From Oligoflexia bacterium (GTDB lineage Bacteria; Bdellovibrionota; Bdellovibrionia; JABDDW01), in the NCBI GenBank assembly GCA_023250675.1, contig JAHFAE010000002.1, positions 7,491-71,490 of the forward strand: DNA of 64,000 bases. Direction: 5' to 3'. The translations under genes and the position numbers were made by a program. Below are positions 8,679-17,537 of this stretch, piece after piece. Position 1 is the first letter of the stretch, and each line of letters begins with the position of its first letter. Below the pieces are notes generated by a model. The model searched no databases, was not told the origin of the DNA, and saw only the letters and a list, made by a program, of their open reading frames with translations.

Positions 8679-9563
8679 TCAAAAGACCATCATTTTCATG
8701 CAGAAAACCGAGCCGCCTGATTTTAGAAATTCGGAGGTGTCTAAAGCGTGAACATTAAAACCATTTTTCAAAAGTTTCTTTTCAAAGTCGGCATTGCCAC
8801 GCTGAAGCAAAACGTCATGATCATTGGCGCCATGACAATTCGCGGTAAAACTTTTGGAGCATTCTTCTAACCCGGTTTCAATTACATTTTCAAAAACGCT
8901 GCGAATCAGTTTCATCGCTTGGGGTGCCATTGCATCGGGTTGAACAACGGCAGTTTTCGAGTCGATGATAGAAAAGCAAGTATCTAAATGATAAAACTCG
9001 GGGCGAGTGAGCGGAACAAGAATGACATCCCAACCGGTGATTTCTGAAATCTCATTGTAAACTCCTGGATCAGTTCTTGGCCCACATCCTCCCCAAATAA
9101 GTGGGCGATCGGGGTGCTTGAATGCATCTCCGTTTCCCTCAAAACTAAATTTTTCAGAAACGTGATAAATTTCATAGCCCTGATTTTCGTACCAATTTTC
9201 AAAAATACGGACCTCTTCTTTTCTAAAATCAGATCTCATATTACTGATGATGACAGCCGCTCGATTTGTTTTTTGGTTCCAAAACGGAAAACTCTGATTG
9301 GCGCAAAATACAAAGTCTGGGTAGCCTTCAAGTCCCTGTAGAATTTTAACGTTAAACCCAAGTTCTAAATATTTATCGTAAACCGCTTTCCATTGAATTT
9401 GAGCCAATTCTTTATTTGGCTTATTCAGGTGTCCGTCTGCGGTTTTCATATAGGGATTAATCGCATATAAAATATCGTAGTACTCAGGATTTGCCATCAA
9501 GATTTTAGAGGGTAATCTCGTTTGATGTAGTGGCGGAATTTGATCCAGGGTTTCGATGATCAT
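8679..9563 (-). CDS. Amidinotransferase/DDAH/arginine-deiminase superfamily protein.
   Basis: 294 aa with a C-terminal catalytic-Cys context (GGSVFCMKMM), typical of the guanidino-group-modifying enzyme fold. Translationally coupled (ATGA overlap) with the downstream paralogue. Confidence 0.5.
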   Translation of the reverse strand: MIIETLDQIPPLHQTRLPSKILMANPEYYDILYAINPYMKTADGHLNKPNKELAQIQWKAVYDKYLELGFNVKILQGLEGYPDFVFCANQSFPFWNQKTNRAAVIISNMRSDFRKEEVRIFENWYENQGYEIYHVSEKFSFEGNGDAFKHPDRPLIWGGCGPRTDPGVYNEISEITGWDVILVPLTRPEFYHLDTCFSIIDSKTAVVQPDAMAPQAMKLIRSVFENVIETGLEECSKSFTANCHGANDHDVLLQRGNADFEKKLLKNGFNVHALDTSEFLKSGGSVFCMKMMVF

Positions 9564-10342
9564 AGATGACTTTCAAAAATAAGGCTTCGACACGTAAGGC
9601 CGCCTTCAGCTTTCGCAAATTCAAAATTTGGCACTTGGATCAATTTAAACCCTGCATTTTCTATCAGTTTAGTGGTTTTTGGATATTCTTGGCCATAGAT
9701 AAGTTTATCGTCTATGAGCAAGGCGTTTGCCGCAAAGTGTTCTTCTGGGTTTATATTTATGACTTCAAACTCTTTAAATTTTTCCATGTCAATCCACTTT
9801 GGATTTGCCAATACAAAACCGTTTCCTAAAAACGTAATTCCACTTTTTAAATGCAAGCAATCTTGAATATCAACAGCGATAACTTGATAATCACAGGGCA
9901 GCACAAGGTTTTGCAATTGAGTTATGCCAGAATCATTAGTTCTTGCCGAACGTCCCACGTAGAGACGACGCCCGATCATTAATACATCTCCTCCATCAAG
10001 AGTGCCCGGTGATGCAATGGTTCCTATAACTTTTCTCTTTGATAATAATATATTGGCAATACTTGGAACTTCGATGAGTCGTGAAGGAGTCCCAGGCCTA
10101 CAAATGACCGCAATTTCGTTTAGTACGATTGCCCCATCCTCTACAAAGACTCCGTCGGGCGCAAAGTTCAAGGCCTCGAGAAAACTAACCTGTATACCCA
10201 ATGTTGAAAGCGTATGACAGTAATACTCATGTTGTTTCACCAGGAGATGAAAATCAATTGGCCGTCTTTCTAAAAAACTAAGTTCACAATTGACAATAGA
10301 AGGAGAAGGCTTTCGGACAAGGGCTTCGATTCGACTGTTCAT
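9560..10342 (-). CDS. Dimethylarginine dimethylaminohydrolase (DDAH)-like amidinotransferase-superfamily protein.
   Basis: 260 aa with a DGGDVL motif and a C-terminal GGLTCRSL catalytic cysteine. Confidence 0.55.
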   Translation of the reverse strand: MNSRIEALVRKPSPSIVNCELSFLERRPIDFHLLVKQHEYYCHTLSTLGIQVSFLEALNFAPDGVFVEDGAIVLNEIAVICRPGTPSRLIEVPSIANILLSKRKVIGTIASPGTLDGGDVLMIGRRLYVGRSARTNDSGITQLQNLVLPCDYQVIAVDIQDCLHLKSGITFLGNGFVLANPKWIDMEKFKEFEVININPEEHFAANALLIDDKLIYGQEYPKTTKLIENAGFKLIQVPNFEFAKAEGGLTCRSLIFESHL

Positions 10343-10695
10343 TGAATCGATTTTGGAACCTCAAGTTCTATGAAGTAGTCAAAACCAACTCTAATATACC
10401 CGGAGATGTTTGAGTCTAGTGTAGGGCAAGTTTCTGTATGAATAAAAACCCAATCCGTTTCACTGATATCGCAATGACACCCAATATGAGAATTACTACT
10501 AATGAACTTTATTTGAACAAAGCACTTTTTTTCTTCGACTTTGGTTGCCTTAACTTTGCCTTGGAAATTCAAGAAACCCCGGTACTCGTCGCACTCTTGA
10601 AAATGAATTGGTCCGCCGCGGGCGCACTCTGCCGCCTTTAAAGACAGGGGAATCAACATGATGGCCATTAGAATTTGCATCGTTTTAAGTTTCAT
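10339..10695 (-). CDS. Small secreted Cys-containing protein of unknown function.
   Basis: 118 aa with signal peptide MKLKTMQILMAIMLIPLSLKAA and 6 Cys. Confidence 0.4.
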   Translation of the reverse strand: MKLKTMQILMAIMLIPLSLKAAECARGGPIHFQECDEYRGFLNFQGKVKATKVEEKKCFVQIKFISSNSHIGCHCDISETDWVFIHTETCPTLDSNISGYIRVGFDYFIELEVPKSIQ

Positions 10696-10873
10696 AAATT
10701 TATCCTCATCGCAAATGATGTATTTCTAAACACTTACCTTAGCAATTACTATTCCATTTTCTATGCCTGTAGGCTTTGCTGTGGAGTTATTCAGGGACAT
10801 CTAGCTATTTGATTTGTCTATAGTTTTTACACAAGTGACAATTGGAGGATCAGATGATAGGCCATAGCTGCGC

Positions 10874-11527
10874 ATGACAAACTATTTTGAGACAAGAATG
10901 GCTCCCCACGTGGCAAGGGATGCTGTTTGGAATCACATCACTCGTTTCTTAGAACCCTATTGGGAGTTAAATTCTAAAAGTCATGTTTTAGAACTTGGAA
11001 CGGGCTACGGTGCTTGGATTAAGTCTATCAAGGCAAATCAAAGAGAAGCTTTGGATTCTTATCCAGAACTTCACCAATTATTTCAAAAAAATGGAATAAA
11101 AGATGTGGCAGCACATGTGGGTGATTGCACGGATCTAGGCCGATGGAAAAGTGAAACATTAGATTTAGTTCTTGCCAGTAATTTGCTTGAACATCTTGAC
11201 CATGATGAGTTAAATTCTTGCATCAAAGAAATTTTTAGAATCTTAAAGCCCGGTGGACAACTTTGTCTGGTACAGCCCAACTTCGCTCTTTGTCCTAAAG
11301 AATATTTTGATGACTATACCCATAAAACTGTCTTTACCCATGTGAGTTTAAGTGATTTTGTGTCAGCCCATGGTTTTCAAGTCATTAAATTGTGGAAGAG
11401 GTTTTTGCCCCTTACTTTAAAGTCAGCCGGATCTCGGTTAACATTTTTAGTACCGTTTTATCTTCGAAGTCCCATTAAACCATTGGCGGGGCAAATGTGC
11501 CTCTTGGCTCAACGAAGAGACCATTAG
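10874..11527 (+). CDS. Class I SAM-dependent methyltransferase.
   Basis: Motif I LELGTGYGAW and the post-I LKPGG motif. Confidence 0.6.
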   Translation: MTNYFETRMAPHVARDAVWNHITRFLEPYWELNSKSHVLELGTGYGAWIKSIKANQREALDSYPELHQLFQKNGIKDVAAHVGDCTDLGRWKSETLDLVLASNLLEHLDHDELNSCIKEIFRILKPGGQLCLVQPNFALCPKEYFDDYTHKTVFTHVSLSDFVSAHGFQVIKLWKRFLPLTLKSAGSRLTFLVPFYLRSPIKPLAGQMCLLAQRRDH

Positions 11528-13221
11528 TGGCAGTACTCTCGGTCATTGCGGTCTATATTATTCTTTGTGTTTTGCAGTGGCATCGCCTTCCTATTCAAGA
11601 TGAGATTTTTTTTCATCGAGCTGCTTTCAAATGGGCCGTTGGTGGACCTCAGGCCGACGGGCTTTGGCACACACCTTTTTATTTAGAGGGCCTTAGAATT
11701 TGGCAAAAGCTTTTTGGCATCGCCGACCCAGGACGCCAAGGAAGTGTATTTATTCTTAGATCGTTTGGCGTATTTACCGGTTTATTGACCGCGTTCTTAT
11801 TTTTAAAAGGTGCAAAAAGAAAAGAAGGATTTCTGAGCTCTTACCCAGCAATAGTTTTAGCGCTCTTGTTATTAAATCCTTATTTTATTCAGTGCTCCTT
11901 ACTTTTAGATATCGACAATACTCTTATGATTCCGGCACTTGTTTTGTGGGTTTTGGCCGTATTGAAGTGGGACGATGCTAAAAATGGAAGCTGGAGTCAG
12001 ACCGTCGTCATAGCCTTTATTTCAGCTTTTGCGCTCATGGTAAAAGAGCTAACGCCGCTTATCTTAATACCAACTTGGATTTGTTATAGTTTTCTTCGGC
12101 CTTGGAGAAAACCTGCTGAGTCTTCATTCACACATATCATTCAATCTATTATTGGAATTATTTTGGGACTCTCTTTATTTGCATTAGTCTTGATTATTTG
12201 GACTCAAGCTCATCATATGAGTTGGCGTGAACCATTGGAATTAACATTGGGAAAGTCCAAAGGTAAGATCGGTCAGTATACCCCTTGGGACGTTCTTGGA
12301 ATTGTTCGGTGGATTTTTCTTAGTTACCTACCTCTTGTTTGGCTTCAAATTCCAACCCTGTTTTTTTTGACAAAGATGGCTCTAGAAAAAATTTCAGCTC
12401 ATAAATTTTTTTCTATCCCTCTTCCCTTCTTGTTCGCCTTGGCCGTTTATCTTTGCTATAGCTGGCTTATCCAAGGCTCGTTTTATTTTGCCAAGTACTC
12501 AGCAGTTGTTTGGCCTATGCTAGTCTTGGATTTTTCTATGGTGATCCCGTTGAATCTAAAAAAAGCCACTGAATGTTTAAATGAGTTAAAGAATTCAAAA
12601 AAATTCATTCTTGGTTTTCTTTTTGTTTGGCTTTTTGGTATCTGTTTTTTCAATTGTTTTGAACCCCTTTACATTATCGAAATGAGGCAAGATCCAAATC
12701 TTAATAAATTGGGGTGGCACTTTGTTTCAATAGCGTTGCCTATTTTTCTTATTTTAATGGGCGTCAAAATTATAAAGTATCAAGAAAAGGGGATCCAGAA
12801 TGCCGTTGTGGTTTTCGGGATCATTGTCACTTTTTTAGGACATTCTTTAAGCCAAGCCACCATGGATTCGCCGGGTTACCTGTTTGGCGAAGAGGGGCTC
12901 GCCCAAACCATTGAAGAGGTTAAGCAACTTAAAATCAAAATTTCAAGGGGCAAACCTGTATTGACAACGGCTGTTGATGTTCAATGGGCATTTCAAAACG
13001 ACGCTAAACTTTTGGTTTTTGAAAAAGAAGATTATTTAAAAATATTAGATCAATACGATATTTTAGTTTCAAGAACCTACGATAATTATTCAGTACGATA
13101 TAATCCACAGTGGCTAACGGACGTCAATTCTAGATTTAGATGTCACCAGGTTATAAATTTGCCTCGCGAGCGATTTGAATGGTGGTGGAAGCCATTAGCT
13201 AAATGTGAAGAAGGCCTTTAA
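11497..13221 (+). CDS. GT-C family polytopic membrane glycosyltransferase (ArnT/PMT-like). GTG start.
   Basis: 574 aa with many TM helices and an N-terminal region resembling 4-amino-arabinose / dolichyl-phosphate-mannose transferases. Gene neighbourhood includes a GT2 polyprenyl-phosphate sugar synthase. Confidence 0.5.
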   Translation: MPLGSTKRPLVAVLSVIAVYIILCVLQWHRLPIQDEIFFHRAAFKWAVGGPQADGLWHTPFYLEGLRIWQKLFGIADPGRQGSVFILRSFGVFTGLLTAFLFLKGAKRKEGFLSSYPAIVLALLLLNPYFIQCSLLLDIDNTLMIPALVLWVLAVLKWDDAKNGSWSQTVVIAFISAFALMVKELTPLILIPTWICYSFLRPWRKPAESSFTHIIQSIIGIILGLSLFALVLIIWTQAHHMSWREPLELTLGKSKGKIGQYTPWDVLGIVRWIFLSYLPLVWLQIPTLFFLTKMALEKISAHKFFSIPLPFLFALAVYLCYSWLIQGSFYFAKYSAVVWPMLVLDFSMVIPLNLKKATECLNELKNSKKFILGFLFVWLFGICFFNCFEPLYIIEMRQDPNLNKLGWHFVSIALPIFLILMGVKIIKYQEKGIQNAVVVFGIIVTFLGHSLSQATMDSPGYLFGEEGLAQTIEEVKQLKIKISRGKPVLTTAVDVQWAFQNDAKLLVFEKEDYLKILDQYDILVSRTYDNYSVRYNPQWLTDVNSRFRCHQVINLPRERFEWWWKPLAKCEEGL

Positions 13222-13373
13222 TCAGGTTAATTACTTGAGAATGTTTTTGCGTCGGTATTAGATTGAAGTTTTTAGACGAACTGCTATAAACAAACTCAAA
13301 ACAATTGAGCGTTGAGATTCATAATACAGTTAGTACGACTGCGAATGTGCAAAAGGATTTTAGAGGAATTTAA

Positions 13374-14144
13374 ATGTACCAGGGCAAAAAAGTTTCAGTT
13401 GTTATTTCTACCTATCAAGAAAAAAACTCTATTAAAAAATTCGTAAACGATTGTTTTTCAACCCAACTTGTGGACGAGGTCATTGTTGTTAACAATAACG
13501 CAGAAATAGGAACAAACGACGAAGTAAAGCAAACAAAAGCTACATTGATCCACGAATCCAAGCAGGGCTACGGTCATGGTTACCAAAGAGGGCTTCGAGA
13601 AGCTTCGGGGGATTTAATCATTATGACCGAAGCCGATGGAACATTCACTGCTCATGATTTTGAAAAACTTCTCGTATTCTCAAAAGACTTCCCCGTGATT
13701 TTTTGTACGCGCACGGCGACTCATGCCATTCACGATGGGGCAAATATGGGAATTTTCTTGAAATGGGGAAATTGGGCCGTGGCCAAAATGATTGAAGTTT
13801 TGTTTTGGACGACAGAATTAAGTGACGTGGGTTGTACCACAAGGCTTTTACGTCGCGATGCTCTCAATAAGATTCAACCATTATTTAGTGTGGGAGATTC
13901 TTATTTCGGATTAGAAATGATTCTCCTCACCGTTTTGGCTCGAATCCCATTTGTAGAACTTCCCATTCATTATTTGCCTCGCGTAGGAGTGAGTGCTGTG
14001 ACAGGTTATTTCCATAAGACTTTTATTCTGGGAATGACGATGATCTACTACACGCTAAAAACCAGAATAAATATTCCACTGAAGAAAAAGGTCACCTCAC
14101 TTGAGGTAGGCGACCTCATTAAAGCTACTGCGGCTATAAGATAG
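13374..14144 (+). CDS. Family 2 glycosyltransferase, polyprenol-phosphate sugar synthase (DPM1/ArnC-like).
   Basis: N-terminal VSVVISTYQE motif and DxD-like TEADG. 256 aa with C-terminal TM helices. Confidence 0.6.
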   Translation: MYQGKKVSVVISTYQEKNSIKKFVNDCFSTQLVDEVIVVNNNAEIGTNDEVKQTKATLIHESKQGYGHGYQRGLREASGDLIIMTEADGTFTAHDFEKLLVFSKDFPVIFCTRTATHAIHDGANMGIFLKWGNWAVAKMIEVLFWTTELSDVGCTTRLLRRDALNKIQPLFSVGDSYFGLEMILLTVLARIPFVELPIHYLPRVGVSAVTGYFHKTFILGMTMIYYTLKTRINIPLKKKVTSLEVGDLIKATAAIR

Positions 14145-14194
14145 TTGAAAAGTCGCTGCATACGTCGGTGCAAATCACCAAAACCTCTTTTCGA

Positions 14195-14707
14195 TTAATT
14201 AATGAGGGTTTTGATATCTTGAATTACTTCTTCAACATGGGTGGTCGGATCAACACTTTCATAGACTCGTGCAATTTTACCTTGGGCATCGATAAGTGCA
14301 CTCCGGCGCATTAGAATACCTGTGAGCGGAATTTCTGGTATACCATAAGCTTTCGAAATTGAACCATCGTCAACCAATAAATCAAAGGGCAGCTTGTGGT
14401 TCTGAATAAAAGCTCGGTGGCTTTTCTCATCTTGTTTTGAAATCCCAAAAACCACGGCACCAAGGTCTTTTAATTTTGAAAACTGATCCCGAAAGCTGCA
14501 AGCTTCTTTAGTACATCCTGGTGTTTCATCTTTGGGGTAAAAGAACAAAACTACGGGCTTTCCCCTAAAGTCTTTCAAATTAACCATTTTGCCACTTTGA
14601 TTTTTAGCAGAAAAATCTGGTGCGATTTGCCCCTTAGACAGCGCTACAAGAAAAAACGAAGAAAACATTGTGAGAGTTCCAACAAGAAATCGTTTCATTG
14701 CTGGCAA
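14195..14707 (-). CDS. bcp: Secreted thiol peroxidase of the Bcp/AhpC-TSA peroxiredoxin family.
   Basis: FYPKDETPGCTKEACSFRD peroxiredoxin active-site motif. N-terminal signal peptide. Confidence 0.7.
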   Translation of the reverse strand: MPAMKRFLVGTLTMFSSFFLVALSKGQIAPDFSAKNQSGKMVNLKDFRGKPVVLFFYPKDETPGCTKEACSFRDQFSKLKDLGAVVFGISKQDEKSHRAFIQNHKLPFDLLVDDGSISKAYGIPEIPLTGILMRRSALIDAQGKIARVYESVDPTTHVEEVIQDIKTLIN

Positions 14708-14874
14708 TTTACAACGTCAAATCCCTTTCAGTCAAAAGTAAACACCTCTCGACGCTACGCATTTGAACTGTAGACATGCGTATACACTAAGCGTAAATCC
14801 TAAAACAAATTTGGTTGCACCGGTGACTTAGTATAGGCATCGTATATTTAGTAAAACGATCCATCGGAGGCGCC

Positions 14875-15696
14875 ATGAGACCATTACTGCTTTTGACTTT
14901 GGGGATTTTTGGTTCGTTAACACTTTTTGCAAACGAACTCACTCAAACTTGTTCTGACAAAGAAGTTTATTCGGATAAGTATAATTACTGCAACGTCATT
15001 TATCCTGGTGTTCGAGATTTAGCCGGCCGCTATTGCATTAATAGTTTTGGTGTCGTTCATGGTGGATACATTGTTGACAACAGATGTTTTTACTCTACCG
15101 ACGGTGCTTACCAAGGAATGCGAGAGACTTACGGGTGTTCTTTTCCGAGCCCCGTCACTATCGGTGCTTGCGAGATTTTTTATCCTTCTCAGCGAGATCT
15201 CACGGGTCACTTTTGCGCCAACAGTTATGGGGTTGGTTACGAAGGTGTCATCACAGATAATTCCTGCTTCCAAGCGATGGATGTGGCAATCCGCCGCATG
15301 CAAACATCTAATTTCTGTCAAAACAATGGTGGAGGAGGGGGGGCGGGGCAATATTACTATTGTCATCTGATGACTCCCGGTGTTCGCGATAGAGCCGGTC
15401 GCTATTGTGATGGTGGATATGGTTATGAGTACGAGGGATACATTGCGGATAATTCCTGTTACCCGACCACCAATAGAGCTTACGCAGAGATGTCACACCA
15501 GACCATGTGCGAAAATCGCCCTCCGTATTTTATGGGAAGATGCGGAGTCTTTAATCCAGATGAAAGAGACAGGCAAGGACACTACTGTAACAATTCATAT
15601 GGAATCGACGTAAACGGCTATATCCTACACGATCTTTGTTATGAAACTCTTGGCCAACTGAGATTGGTTATGGAGCAAAGTCCCTCTTGTCATTAG
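14875..15696 (+). CDS. Secreted cysteine-rich protein of unknown function, made of four ~55-aa internal repeats.
   Basis: Signal peptide, then four repeats: YPGVRDLAGRYCINSFGVVHGGYIVDNRCF / YPSQRDLTGHFCANSYGVGYEGVITDNSCF / TPGVRDRAGRYCDGGYGYEYEGYIADNSCY / NPDERDRQGHYCNNSYGIDVNGYILHDLCY. Confidence 0.55.
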   Translation: MRPLLLLTLGIFGSLTLFANELTQTCSDKEVYSDKYNYCNVIYPGVRDLAGRYCINSFGVVHGGYIVDNRCFYSTDGAYQGMRETYGCSFPSPVTIGACEIFYPSQRDLTGHFCANSYGVGYEGVITDNSCFQAMDVAIRRMQTSNFCQNNGGGGGAGQYYYCHLMTPGVRDRAGRYCDGGYGYEYEGYIADNSCYPTTNRAYAEMSHQTMCENRPPYFMGRCGVFNPDERDRQGHYCNNSYGIDVNGYILHDLCYETLGQLRLVMEQSPSCH

Positions 15697-16349
15697 TTTC
15701 GAATTGCTTGAATTTGCTTTTCTAGAAGCTGGCGATCAAAGAAATGTTCGTGTTCAATTTGTTTGACCAACGAATCGGTGACTTCGAGAGTTTGGCTTGT
15801 TGCTTTTCCTGCAAATAGTCGCGCTCCAAAAATTCCAGGATCTGTAAATAGTTGAGTAATGAGAAGAGTGTTACCTTTATGTGGGGTGAAAATCGATCGT
15901 CCCCAAGATTTCTTCATTCTCTTGGCTCTAACTAACGACCATTCAAGATCAAATTGATTTCGAGCCTCATTAGTTGACCAGTCGTAACGAAGTGTAAATT
16001 CCTCATCGGGCAGAAATAAAACACTGAGAAGGTAGTCAACCTCAGTTTGCGAGCCGGGTCCTGATTTAGAAATTTTTGCCGATTTAAATTCATGGGAGTA
16101 CTGAGGTTTTAATTCGTAGTCTAGGGATACGGCGGCACATTCTTCTGGAGTGGCTTTTATAAGTTGAAAAATCGTAATTTGCGGCCAAGGGGCATCGGCA
16201 ATTTTTTCTGTGGCGTAGACTTGCTCGCCAGAAAGAACTTTCATTCGTTGCTCTGAACTTAATTGATCAAAAATCCGCGGATCAATGCTCTGAGCTTTGG
16301 TCACAGAAAAAGAAAAGAGAAACCAAAAGAAAAGAAAAAATTTTGTCAT
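15693..16349 (-). CDS. Secreted hypothetical protein.
   Basis: 218 aa with signal peptide MTKFFLFFWFLFSFSVTKAQS. Confidence 0.45.
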   Translation of the reverse strand: MTKFFLFFWFLFSFSVTKAQSIDPRIFDQLSSEQRMKVLSGEQVYATEKIADAPWPQITIFQLIKATPEECAAVSLDYELKPQYSHEFKSAKISKSGPGSQTEVDYLLSVLFLPDEEFTLRYDWSTNEARNQFDLEWSLVRAKRMKKSWGRSIFTPHKGNTLLITQLFTDPGIFGARLFAGKATSQTLEVTDSLVKQIEHEHFFDRQLLEKQIQAIRN

Positions 16350-16428
16350 ATAAAACCCCTTACTAAAAACTGGGCTCCTTATAACAGAAAGTTGGTGGCA
16401 CCTGCAATGAGATATACCAGTTAGTAGG

Positions 16429-16656
16429 CTACGCCCTGCGATGGTGGCGCCTCACACGACGGTCATGGCGAATCTCTCGTCGATCGTGCCGGCGCTTTCG
16501 CCGGTCTTTTCTCAATTCGTGACGATCTTTCTTTAGATTTTGCCGATCTTGCTCGATCTGCTGTTCGTCGTTGACGATTCCCCCTGCTTGCCCCAATGCC
16601 ACAGAACAACTTAAAATCAGAATCGAAAGTAAAGCTGTAGTCATGAACTTTGCCAT
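16429..16656 (-). CDS. Small secreted, extremely basic (Arg/His/Asp-rich tail) protein. Low-complexity, so the call is tentative.
   Basis: 75 aa: signal peptide, then RHELRKDRRKRRHDRREIRHDRRVRRHHRRA. An overlapping alternative-frame ORF (16463..16663) exists. Confidence 0.3.
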   Translation of the reverse strand: MAKFMTTALLSILILSCSVALGQAGGIVNDEQQIEQDRQNLKKDRHELRKDRRKRRHDRREIRHDRRVRRHHRRA

Positions 16657-16890
16657 TGCCCAATCTCCTTGTGAGACCCTATCGGAACGGATCGTGAGTG
16701 TATTAACATTGGTCGGCTGACTAAATCCTTCGATTTTTATATTCTCTTATTAATTCAATAGTTTATATGGTTTTTAACTTTGTCCCCGTTAAATTGTCTA
16801 ACCGATGGCCATAGCAAAATGAGCTAACTAGTTGAAATCACAGTTGGTATTCAAATTGCTATTTATAGGATTGTAGGAGGCGGGTGAAAA

Positions 16891-17493
16891 ATGAATTCAA
16901 AGAAAATAAATAAGAAGGTTGTAGTGCCAAGTGTTCTTTTGGCTGCGTTTGTTGCTGTACCTTTAGTCATAAATGGCTTGAGAAGCATGAGCGATGAACC
17001 AAAAGATTCTGTCCGCTCTCCCGCAAGTCGTTGGATCGAAGAAATTAGATCAGGATCCGTAAATTTAGAACGAAATCTGGCCGTTCAGGTGGCGGAACTT
17101 AAACAAAGGACCTTAGCAAGTATTGGACGACCTGCTGATCCCCTTGAAAAATTAAGATTCGGAGTCCTTGAAGGAAAATATTCTTTAACAATGGCCGGCG
17201 ATTTTATTAAAGAGATTTCATTTATAGATAATCCCAATACTGAAGGCCGCCCTGCCACCATCGCCGATCGCAAACAATTCATTAAAGATTTCGGTCAATT
17301 TTTTGAATTAGGAAGTCGTTTAGAAAGAATCAGCACCAATATCAAGGGCAGTAAGATCATTGAAAACTATCTTGTAAAGACAAGTTCGGGGCAGGACACG
17401 ATTTTAAGTTTTGTCCTAGACGATATGGATCGCCTCTTTGCAATCCATTCAGAAAAGTCCCAACATCAGCTCACTCGAAATCAAATCAACTAA
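16891..17493 (+). CDS. Secreted hypothetical protein.
   Basis: 200 aa with an N-terminal hydrophobic signal/anchor (VVVPSVLLAAFVAVPLVING). Confidence 0.45.
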   Translation: MNSKKINKKVVVPSVLLAAFVAVPLVINGLRSMSDEPKDSVRSPASRWIEEIRSGSVNLERNLAVQVAELKQRTLASIGRPADPLEKLRFGVLEGKYSLTMAGDFIKEISFIDNPNTEGRPATIADRKQFIKDFGQFFELGSRLERISTNIKGSKIIENYLVKTSSGQDTILSFVLDDMDRLFAIHSEKSQHQLTRNQIN

Positions 17494-17537
17494 ACGGCGT
17501 CCGAGGCCACTTCTTGAGGATCTCCCCTGGCACTGAT

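Noticed and set aside
16463-16663. 66-aa alternative-frame ORF overlapping the basic secreted peptide.
   Set aside because: It has no signal peptide or motif. The 16429-16656 frame at least starts with a plausible signal peptide. Both remain low confidence.
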